DNA of 64,000 bases, taken from contig JBLDXI010000003.1 of the NCBI GenBank assembly GCA_047495785.1, positions 1,488,001 through 1,552,000 of the forward strand. Reading direction: 5' to 3'. This stretch comes from Lepidodermella squamata (taxonomy: Eukaryota > Animalia > Gastrotricha). Within the stretch, counting starts at the first letter, position 1, and the number at the start of each line of letters is the position of its first letter. Shown one piece after another: positions 38,663 through 48,600 of the stretch. The translations under genes were made by a program, and so were the position numbers. The notes under the pieces were generated by a model. It saw only the letters and a program-made list of their open reading frames with translations. It was not told the DNA's origin and searched no databases.

Positions 38663-40555
38663 GATGAGTAATTTATCTGTGCTAATTCCGCCTATTGTAA
38701 CCACCCACGATGATTCATCAAACGATGACCCGTTGACATCTCTCTCCCGTAAAAATTCATCCGCCCAAGGCTTGAACCCATCATCAGTTCGCCTCGTCGT
38801 GCCGCCGCCTAATTTTCGCCCGGCTAATAACGAAGATGAAGATGCGTTTTTCGAAAATTGGGACACTTTCGATGGCATCACAATGCCGCCTCTCATCATG
38901 CCGCGAACTTCAATTAGCCTTGCGAGCAGTCAAAATTTCGACTCAGCTCGACGGCCGTCACGCTTTAGCGAACAGCAAGGCCAGGTATCTAGTACATGAA
39001 ATGAAGTGACTGCGCAAATTTTTGGATTCCGAAAAATTTCCGTAAAAAAATATAAAAATTCTGCGGAAACGTTTTACAGCAGGATTATTTATTCATTTCA
39101 AGATAAATCGAAAATTCAATTAAAATAGGGAACAAATTCCGAAATTCGTAGGGGGACAAATACGACGGGACAATTAAGACGGGACAAATAAGACGAGGAC
39201 GATTAAGATAATTTATTATTAATTTTATAACGGGACAATTAAGACGAGGACAATTAAGACAAGGACAAATAAGACGAATTAAAAAATAACACAATTACTG
39301 GGCTTTTGGTTGGGATTTTGGTTAAGGTTAAGGTTAGGGTTAGGGGTTAGGGGTTAGGGGTTAGGGGTTAGGGTTAGGGTTAGGGTTAGGTTTAGGGCTA
39401 GGGTTAGGGTTAGGTTAGGGTTAGGGTTAGGATCAGGATTAGTCTTAATTGTCCCGTTATAAAATTAATTATTAATTATCTTGATCGTCCTCGTCTTATT
39501 TGTCCCGTCTTAATTGTCTATATCTTAATTGTCCTGTCTTATTTGTACCCTTTCCCCGAAATTAAAATTCAAATATTAATTCAGATGCAAATTGTCGGGT
39601 AACTTTTTCAAAAAAATTTGAGAAAATTTCAAATTCCAAATTTTGAATTTTGTTATTTTTCCTATTCTAGGAACTCGAGCAAAGAAGGCCGTCCCGGATG
39701 AGTGAGGCCATCAATAATAACCTGGAACGTCGATCGTCTCGCATGAGTGAACGAAGCAGTATTTCGAACACAATGTTACCAGGGGAGAAATTCCGATCGC
39801 GCCTTCGCACGCTGTCGACAATTGAACTGCAAGTTCCGCCCGATTTGCAAAAGGCAGACAGTGTCGTGCGGCTGACACGCGACAAAGACGGCGGTGTCAT
39901 CGTGATCCGAAGCGCCACAGAGGCAATTTAATTTCTTGAATTCGAAATTTTTTTAAAAATGCACAAATATTTATTATTTGAATAAATCAATAATTCTGTT
40001 TTCCACGAAAAAAGAAAAATTCAAATTTTCAATTTTCAACAATTCAAATTTTCAAATTTAAAGAAAAATTTGATTTCCCTAAAGGTTTGTTGGCGAGATG
40101 ACGTTCACGCTCTGCTCGAGCTGTATTCTGATCAGCTGATGCCGACTTATCGAAAGCAGGTCCCAGTTCCGACCGGAGGGTTGGACGTAGCCATGTCACT
40201 ACGCAGATACCACACGCGTTTCATGAAACATCAACGAATTCTACTTCTATCAGCTCGATTCCGGCGAAGAGGCATCGGCGACGTAAAATCAGCCGCGGAA
40301 GCTGAGTCAGGAAAAAGTTATTTCACTACATTTTAGTTATTTTTTCGAATTTAACGCGATTTTTTCCCCCAGCTTCAGCTCGGTCGGTTTTGAGCAATTT
40401 CAGCCACAAAAGCTTTGCTGTGAACGCCTTCATGCCTTCAAAGTCTCAGCAATTAAAGCCCAATGTTACAGCCCGATCTCGCCTGCCTTCAGTAGCGTCA
40501 TCAACAGCATCGGGAAAATCAACATCAAAACGGAATCAGGACAATTTTATTTAAA
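38663..40555 (+). CDS. Uncharacterised Ser/Arg-rich multi-exon protein
   Basis: GC-richer ORF segments (38663-38984, 39671-39922, 40085-~40310, ~40373-40555) separated by AT-rich introns, with repeated RRPS/RRSS sites. Start and some junctions are uncertain. Confidence 0.5.
39147..39555. mobile_element. Foldback/MITE-like element with an internal telomere-type TTAGGG tract
   Basis: Inverted arms built of ~15-bp GGACAA[AT]TAAGAC subrepeats, central (TTAGGG/TTAGGGG)n at ~39320-39432, flanking 8-bp direct repeat CCGAAATT. Confidence 0.8.
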
Positions 40556-40655
40556 ATCAACGTTGAAAAAATTGAGAAAAATAATTATCACAATAATCAC
40601 GTAAAATTGTCACCGTCATTTCATCGAACCAATCGAATAGCCTGAAAAATATAAA

Positions 40656-40803
40656 AAATGTTAGTAAATTCCGATTTTGAAAATCGATAGATCGAAATCG
40701 AATTTCAATGAATGAAATAAACTTTTAATTTGCCCAGTTTTTAAACGGCTTCAAATTGTTGAATTAATAGCCAATCTTTCGAGACCGAGTTATGAAACGG
40801 GCC
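40656..40803 (-). ncRNA. H/ACA snoRNA type A copy 1 (predicted guide for 18S rRNA Psi~105)
   Basis: 5' hairpin with pocket CAUAACU / UUUAA, H box AAAUUA 14 nt after the upper stem, AU-rich 3' hairpin, ACA. Confidence 0.75.
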
Positions 40804-40882
40804 AACTAATTAATGATTTTCATTAAAATTACGTACCTTGAACACTGTAAAGCTCCGAATCGGCTGAAAATATATAAAACAT

Positions 40883-41119
40883 TGATGTCAGATTAACTTG
40901 TTACCGAGTCATTACAAAATATGCTTGGCAGACGGTGAAGTCTGTCGAAATTGGGGCCGCATCAGCGAGCAGGTAAAGCGGCAAAGCGGAGGAGAGACCT
41001 CGTAGGCTGTTGTGCCTGCTCGCGGCACTGTTTAGATTCCCAATATCGATTACCTCTACCCGCCATGAGATAGCAAACTAAGCATTAAGTTGGCTAGCTT
41101 GCTGGGTGACAAGGCAGGT
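40883..41119 (-). ncRNA. Three-hairpin H/ACA-like RNA type B copy 1
   Basis: 5' hairpin, UAGANNNA hinge, long GC-rich middle hairpin closed by UCGAUAUUGGG/CCCAAUUUCGA, 3' hairpin, ACAU. Confidence 0.6.
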
Positions 41120-41216
41120 TTTAAATTAAAAAATCACATTATTGGCTTACCTTATAGTCCATCATTTCGGCGATATATCGCATTTGCAGCTGTTTGTCTT
41201 GTTATCTAGGCAAAAA

Positions 41217-41366
41217 GCATGTATTAAGAATTGAAAAAATTGAAAGAAATAAATATATTTTCCCAATTTTCAAAAATCCTTCTTAATTTAATTTGCCCAG
41301 TTTTTAAACGGCTTCAAATTGTTGAATTAATAGCCAATCTTTCGAGACCGAGTTATGAAACGGGCC
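41217..41366 (-). ncRNA. H/ACA snoRNA type A copy 2
   Basis: Identical 5' hairpin and H box. 3' stem AUUAAGAA/UUCUUAAU is followed directly by ACA. Confidence 0.8.
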
Positions 41367-41459
41367 TAATAATTATCGAATGATTTTTTAGCAACATTAC
41401 TTACCTTCAACGAAAATCAGCTTCGAAGCTTCGAATCGGCTGTAAAATAACAGAAATAT

Positions 41460-41713
41460 TTATGTCAGATTAAGCTAGGACCAAAACATCACAAAATATG
41501 CTTGGTTGGCGTTAGTCTGCCGAAAATTGGGACCCGTAGCTGCATCAGCGAGCAGGCAAAGCGACAACAGGGAGGAGACCACGTAGGCTATTGTGCCCGA
41601 AAGCCTGCTCGCTGGTGCGGCACAGGTTAGATTCCCACTATCGATTATTTCTACCCACTAGTGGTAGCAACCTAAGCATGAAGTTAGCTAGCTTGCTGGC
41701 TATTTAAGCGGGT
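41460..41713 (-). ncRNA. Three-hairpin H/ACA-like RNA type B copy 2
   Basis: Same architecture as copy 1, terminal CUGACAU. Confidence 0.6.
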
Positions 41714-41837
41714 CTTTAATCGAATTAAAAATTTCACATTGAAGTGGTTTTCGGCTTACATTTCTCGCGCTGATAACTCCGTCAATTTGTCGATATTTCG
41801 CGTTTATCAGCTGTTGCTGAGTTATCTAGACACAAAA

Positions 41838-41983
41838 GTTTGTATTAAAACTGAAAAGAAATTGAAAAAATATATTTTCTCAATTTTTCAAAATCCTTCT
41901 TAATTTAATTTGCCCAGTTTTTAAACGGCTTCAAATTGTTGAAATAATAGCCAATCTTTCGAGACCGAGTTATGAAACGGGCC
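41838..41983 (-). ncRNA. H/ACA snoRNA type A copy 3
   Basis: 5' hairpin differs by one loop base. H box and ACA present. Confidence 0.8.
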
Positions 41984-42084
41984 TAAAACGTTTTGCCATC
42001 AAGAAATAACAGAACAACTAACCTTCAATTTTCTAGCTCCTCGACATCAAAGGCGTAGTAGTTGTCTGTTTAAAAAAAAGAGAT

Positions 42085-42330
42085 TAATGTCGATTGCCAG
42101 AAACCGAAGTACTACGTCAAAATGCTTCGATACCGGGACAATCAGCTGAAAATTGGGACCAGCGGCCGAAACAGCGAGTAGACAAAAGCGGCAATGACGT
42201 GGAGTTGCCGCTGTTGAGCGCCTATTCGCTGTTCCGGCGCCAGGTTTAACCCCACTATCGAATCACTCTAGCCACAAGGTGCGCACAAAAAAGCACACGC
42301 AAAGCTTATTTGTGGTCAAGAATGCGGCTA
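42085..42330 (-). ncRNA. Three-hairpin H/ACA-like RNA type B copy 3
   Basis: Diverged sequence with stems retained (CAGCGAAUAGGC/GUCUACUCGCUG), GGUCCCAAUUUUC motif, GACAU end. Confidence 0.6.
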
Positions 42331-42460
42331 TTTTTAATTTGAAATAAAAAAAAATGAAGACTTCCTTACTTTATTTGAAACAGTGAAAAAATTTTCTCCA
42401 AGACGAAAGAGTTGACGGGAGCCTGTAGTTGCTGTAGTCATCTATTATTGGGAAAAAATG

Positions 42461-42609
42461 CGATGTCATTAAATTGAAAAATTAATTGAAAATCCGAGGC
42501 TAGTTTTCAATTTAAAATTCATTTTAATTTTTAATTTGCCCAGTTTTTAAACGGCTTCAAATTGTTGAATTAACAGCCAATCTTTCGAGACCGAGTTATG
42601 AAACGGGCC
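42461..42609 (-). ncRNA. H/ACA snoRNA type A copy 4
   Basis: 5' hairpin differs by one loop base. H box, unrelated AU-rich 3' hairpin, ACA. Confidence 0.78.
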
Positions 42610-42687
42610 GATAAAAATATAAAAATAGCGTGAAAGCCTCACCTGATTCCGAGATCTTGCAAATCGTCGCCTGTAAAATCAGAAAAA

Positions 42688-42940
42688 CAATGTCAGCTCG
42701 CAGAAATACAAAAATTCGACTACTAAATTAAGGAATTTTGGGGCGTGGCGAGCAGCTGAAAATTGGGACCCGGCCGCCCCGGCGAGCTGGCAAAGCAACA
42801 ACAGGGTGTGCGAGATGGATTGTGCCTGAAAGCCAGCTCACCGAAGCGGCGCAAGGTTTAACCCCACTATCGAATTTTTCTATCTGCATGGGGCTCAAAA
42901 TAGCACTAAAATCGCTAGTTTGAGGGTTGGAAATGCGGGA
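42688..42940 (-). ncRNA. Three-hairpin H/ACA-like RNA type B copy 4
   Basis: UCGAUAGUGGGGUUAAACC...GGUCCCAAUUUUCAG, 3' stem GCUCGC/GCGAGC, GACAU end. Confidence 0.6.
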
Positions 42941-43017
42941 GCGTAATCATAATAATAAGCCAGAAAATACCTTTAATTAATTCAAGCCAGCAAATCCAAT
43001 TATAACCTGAAATTAAA

Positions 43018-43270
43018 AAAATGGAGAACTGATGAACACCTCGAAAAGCATCAAGTAGCTGAGTCAAAGTCCAAAACCAGTTCTTTGACAATCAGGTGGT
43101 CGCCGGGCCGTTCAAGACAACGCTTGTCAAACAGGCACTGGAAAGACTGTTGGCAATTAGCCGCATTGAACGACTCAGAAACCAACCTGCTATCACGATA
43201 ATCTACCCATAACTTGAATAAAAGCCGGTTTCACAATGGGATGCATTGAGGCCGGTGGAAACGATGGGTT
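43018..43270 (-). ncRNA. Additional structured H/ACA-like RNA in first host intron
   Basis: Stem ACCCAU/AUGGGU, then H box AGAUUA, a long middle hairpin and a 3' stem AGAACUGGU/AUCAGUUCU ending CCAUUU (not ACA). Confidence 0.45.
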
Positions 43271-45624
43271 CAGCTGACACGATATAAAATTGAACGAGGA
43301 TGTGATAAAATTTACCTGCTTTTAAAAGGCCGCCTTAAGATTTCATCGCACAGAATAATAAGCGATAAGAAAGAAACGCATAGCGCATAGCAATAATAAA
43401 AGCAGTGAGCTAAAATGAGTGGTGTGTAATAAAATTGCTTGCCACGTGGCAGCAGCATGGCTGTTTTTATGAATGACGTAGTAGCGTAATAATCGGAAAT
43501 GAGGTCATAGCGTGTGTTTGTTTTTTTTCGCATTTCTCCACTAACATTTTTATTGCTCGTTGGGCAGCCGAAATTGAATGCCGAAGTTACTCCAGGGCTT
43601 GAAATGAATGAACGACTGAAAATAAACAGAGATAAAATTCGATCAAAGCCGAAACTCCCATCAGCATTTATAGCATGCGACGTTGACATTTCAGTATCGA
43701 GGATATTAAGGCAGCTCAAATCTCAGCGCAAAATCTGGATGAAATCCTATGAAAAATTCTAGTATAAGAAGACTAGCTTGCCTTCCTTTCATACTGGACA
43801 CAGACAGCCAGCTGTATTTTGCGACGGATTGCCATTGATGAAACAGGAAGGGATATCCAACCTCCAATAGAATTAGAGCTACTTTCATCAACTTTTTAGA
43901 AAATGTCTACACATTCAGCGTGTCCCATAAATAACGCAAGCAAAAAATAATACGCGAAAAAGGGCTCAGAAACTCTTAAATGCGAGTCGAAATGACATCC
44001 AATGGCCTAAACATTGTTAGAAAATTTAAAAAAATCACGAGAATAGGAATAAAGTGTATGTCACTTGTCAATGGGATTAATAAGTCCGGAGAAAATTGAT
44101 CCAGCCAAATAAAATTACCGGGAATTACCGAACCAGTTACCATCGTGATTTTCCGGGTTTTCTACGGTAAATTTTCTATCACTTCGGTTAAATCTTATTG
44201 TCGCACAACTCGATTAACTTACACTACTTATGTACTGAGCAAATTGGTTCGATGTTAGCGGCCAGCGTGCCCTTTTGAAACCACAAATTTTTTTGTACCA
44301 AATTTTTATACGAAAGTATATTTTTCGAAATAAACATAATAATAATAATAAATCGTGGATACAGGATAAAATATTTTCTCGGTAGAGGTTCAATTTAAAA
44401 TAATTACTTGAATTTCAACAACAATTCGCCATAAAAATAGTTGAGCAAATTCTGGGAAACGCTAAAGTGGATATCGGGTTTTTTCGCTGGTTCTCGTGAA
44501 AATGTCGAAATTTTTCGCAAAAAATTCATCGTTGTGATGCCACCTTGTCGCTGGTTCAATAAATAACAATTAATTTTCTTCACGATTTTTCTGAAGAGAA
44601 AATGGCATCTATGCCTTACGCCTACAACCTCCAATTTTTCGAATACATTACATTCGAATACGTTCATTTTTTCTACGAAAAAGTAACATACAAGGCTGGA
44701 GGGGGAGAGCAAAAGATTATCCAATAATTTCGTTAATTACAAAAATAAAAAAAAATCGACGGATTTTTTTTACGGGATCTGAATTTTTTTTTGGGAACTT
44801 CATTGCTGTCTGCAATCTATAAAGTAACCGTAATAAAGTAAAAATAGTGAAATTTTGCTCCGCGTTACACATTGGGTACTCTTTCATTTGCAACTCTCGA
44901 TCACTTTTTAATCAGCCTCAGAATCTGAAGTAGAAAAATCGTAGAACAAATCAAGCTGGATCGATAACCTCAGTTTATCTTGATCATTGATTATTTTTCT
45001 CAATTTTCGAAAAAACTGAATCGATCACAATTAGAGCGGAAATATCATTGCTGGGTGTAATTATTACCCGGCGTAAGACTTAACCCACTCGGCATGCTTA
45101 AAGCACTAGAATGAAGGCAAGTTGAACAACGGCTCCGTCCATTGATTAAGCGGCGACGAGTAGGCGGACCGGCTATCTGATAGTTCGAGGCGGCGGTGGC
45201 TCCGTCACGAAACAACTTGCCGAAAAATGAAAAATAAAATAACAATAATATAGCCAGTATATTAAGCTTGACGACCAGGTGGCAAGACGGGTATCCAGCC
45301 CACACTCGGCCGGCGTTTTAGTCGCCGGGCTTGTTGTAGCATCAACATAATAGTAATTTCTACAAAAACTAATTAAACGCTAATATTACGCAGGTATGAA
45401 ACGCGCGCTCGGGTCTATTAGCGTAGTGCTTTTGTATTTATTGACTAACGGCCTGGGAGACGGGCGCCCGGCGGTGCGTTCGGCCGCCGTCTCATCTCAT
45501 CAACATGAGCACTCCATTTTAGACTTCAAGTTGATTTCACAGCCAGTTTTTTGCCTTTCATCACCATTGATCACCAATTATTGACTCTAATTATCTAATA
45601 TTCCATAGGCCAATTATTTAGATA

Positions 45625-48600
45625 ATGCTGCTCAAGTCGCTGATTGCGATTCTTGGTATGTTCGGAAATGAAAACAACGGAAATTTAACCAATTTTTATT
45701 TACCCTAAAGGGCTGGCTCACTTTGGCTACGCATGCGGTCCTCTCGATCAGGCTGCGAAAGCTATATCGAAGGTCGAAGCGAACCCATCTGCAGTAAGCT
45801 GAACCTCCCCAAATCTCAGTTTCAATTCGATGATTCCTCATTTTAGGGTTCGGCCTATGTTCGATGCTCATCGAGTAGCCAACGCATCTGCCGTGTTGGA
45901 TCCTGTAATGGAGGTGAAGCTAGGGTATGGATGTTGTAGTTACCAATCCTGGGACCTCAAAATTCCGACCTTTTTCCAGATGCCGGAATTGTCGATTTAC
46001 AACAGCCTTGGCGATTGTGAAAACGTCACTGTAAGTCGCTAGATTCTTGCCATGAAATCGGTATAGCATTGACTGTATCGCAGAGACTGCTGATCTGCCC
46101 GATTGCTGGTCAGTACCAGTGCGTTTCCGATACAACTGGCTGCAAGGCTTATCCTGAGGTATAGTAATATATGAGCGGATCTCAGCGAATCGAGATTTTT
46201 TGCTTTTTTTTTAGGGCTACGACAAAATTTTGTACACAAACGACACCGTTTGCTCGGCAGCGGCTGATAATTTGGTTGGTGAAATGGGAAAAATAAGTAT
46301 TTTATGATTGATTCGTTCTCGAAAAATAGCAAAGCCAAAGATGGTGGCGATGCAAGCAGCCATCTGGTGACATTACTTGTCGCCAGGGCATTTGCTTGGA
46401 TGGCGAATCTAAGGTAAGATCACTCCGAAAACTTGAGCCGAAGCCTCAAGCATTTGTGCTTAGATCCTTGGAACTCCAGTTACAGATTGGGATTCGCAGC
46501 CGTCTTGCAATGCTTCTCTTTACGTAAGTTATCAGCTTTAGGTGTGGCATTCCTGTTCATCTCTTAATTCTCCATTAGTGGGCTGTTCCTTGCTACAAAG
46601 CTCTTCAAACCGATCCTTACTATCAAATCTACACCGCCTACGATACGGAGGGCAGTTGCAAAGCTGGGGATATCCAGGTCAGAAATTTAGAAAGGCTAGA
46701 TGCCGATTTCTAATTCGATGAACAGGTTAGCACGACTTACGCTACCAAGTCGACCAAGGACATTGTTTTCGACACGAGCGCTGTCTACGCTGCAGTTTCC
46801 GTGAGTTTGCCTGAAACCTCAATGTCAATCCGTAGCCAAAATTCTGTCCTCTGAAGACGATCCCGCATACTCGCTGCCGCGTCGCTTCTGGAGCAAGCTA
46901 CGTCCCAGTTTGCCGTCCCGATATGAACCCGAATAGCGCTGGTTTCCAGTGCGCTTCAGGTGACGATTCAACTGTTCCGGTAAGTTCCCATGGCCAATGG
47001 CGTAATTTGAGATCTGAAGGTGCGGATTTAGCTTGGCAACGTTCCTGCTGCTGGCTACGGCGGTTTGGTTGTTTGCAACGCAAATCTCTATGTAAGTATT
47101 GAACCCGGGCGATTGCTTCGTAAATTACTCTACTCGGCTATATAGGCTGCTGTTCAATGCTACAAACCTACAAAGAACGAGGCTGAGAACTTCTACCAGA
47201 TCGTTCCAGGCTACGATCACCTTAAAACTGCAGCCTGCCCGGGCGGTTCGGGAACCGTAACTGGCCTTATTCAGGTAAGCAAACGGTTAAGTGTAACGCG
47301 TGGTTCAGATTCTTGTTCTCGCTATAGCTTAACAGCGCTGTCACTACCGGTGTTTATCCTATCCTGATGAATTCACCTGCATTCAGAAATGCTTATGAGG
47401 CGAACAGTGCTGCAACGGTATGAATCGCTCTACTTCTTATATTCTTTTCATTATTTGATGAATGTTACCAAGGCCCTCCAACACTACCGTTGTCGAGTTG
47501 CTGGCAGTGAGACCCCTGCTTGCCGTCCAAGTCTTTCGGCAGCAGGCACTGGAGGCATCTGCGCTGGAGATGACGTTGACGCATCAAAATCAATCGTTTG
47601 TCATCTTGGCTTGCAGAATCTTAAATGAATCTGATCTGTCTTACAGTTACCTGGTGGGAGCAGTGCGACGTATGCGAACTATGGGGCTTGCTCTGCTGCT
47701 AGATGGGTAGGTTGAATTTCCACCTACATACTTTGTTTATCCCTTCGAAATTGACCAGCAAGCGAGATGGTGCTACAAGGCTACTAACACGGCGCCTTAC
47801 TATACCATTTACGCTGGCTACGACTCGGCGACAGGGGCTTCGGCAGGTTGCCAGTCCGGGGACTTTGGCGTAGGTTTTGTCGATTTGATGACTTCCGAAG
47901 TCTACATTTCCATCTAGGTGGAAAGCCCTACCTACGTTCCAACCCCGACTCGCAGTACCACATTTGCTGACACAACGGTGTACACCCCAAGCTCTGTGGT
48001 AAGTAAACGGAATTAAACCAGGATATCGCCGTATTGATAACGAAATTCGTAGAATATCAAACATTTCCGATGCCAAGTCTATTCCAATGGCGACGCTCAG
48101 AATCCTCAACCGGTTTGCAGGCCGACGACGGCAGCTAACTGGGGGGCATTCGTATGCCCTCTTGGAGTCGATAATGCTAAGGTAACTTTATTGCTTCATT
48201 GGCTCTAAAGACCTAACTGTTATGCATGACTACCAGATCGGCGCGACAGATGATACAGCTGGATACACCAGTTATGCTGATTGCTCCTCGAAGCTTTACG
48301 TAAGTTTCAGCCGAAGCATTGCTGGTTTACGACGAATGAAACTGTACTTTTAGCAAGCCCAAATGTGCTACCAAGCCACAAACATTCCTGGCAATAACTA
48401 CTACAAACTGTATCCGGGCTGGGACCATGTATATGGCGTAACGGCGGTTAAAGCTGGCAAGTGTGCTTCTGGAGATGTTGTGGTATATTTTGAATAGTCT
48501 TTTAATCTGCCGCGATATTTGCTGTGTCGGATGCAGGTTCCAGGTCAAACTATTTGGCAACTGGTAGGCCCAGACTCAACGGGTACATTCACAAGTACTC

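Larger units (their letters stand above)
40545..43335 (-). ncRNA. Non-coding snoRNA host transcript (~10 tiny exons)
   Basis: Regular minus-strand GT-AG sites flanking 20-80-nt exons with no common ORF. First exon begins with pyrimidine run CCTTTT (TOP-like), AATAAA near 40550. Introns are more conserved than exons. Confidence 0.75.

Noticed and set aside
39320-39432. True telomere or chromosome fusion site
   Set aside because: Short, one orientation only, and enclosed in an inverted-repeat element inside an intron.
40722-40750. Spliced-leader RNA (TTTAATTTGCCCAGTTTTT resembles nematode SL)
   Set aside because: No GT donor after it. The opposite strand gives an H box and a matching rRNA guide.
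40720-42610. CRISPR-like array of identical ~78-bp repeats
   Set aside because: Repeats are too long, spacers are ~500 bp and mutually related, no cas genes, eukaryotic context. Explained as intronic snoRNAs.
40883-42940. Type B RNA as telomerase RNA, RNase P RNA or U17/snR30
   Set aside because: No conserved CUAACCCU template, no RNase P CR-I to pair with the CCCAAUU motif, and no exact m1 (AUAUUCCUA) / m2 (AAACCAU) pair in the 3' hairpin. Left unassigned.
43312-45584. Several short ORFs
   Set aside because: AT-rich, overlapping, no motifs. Probably promoter or intergenic DNA with transposon debris.
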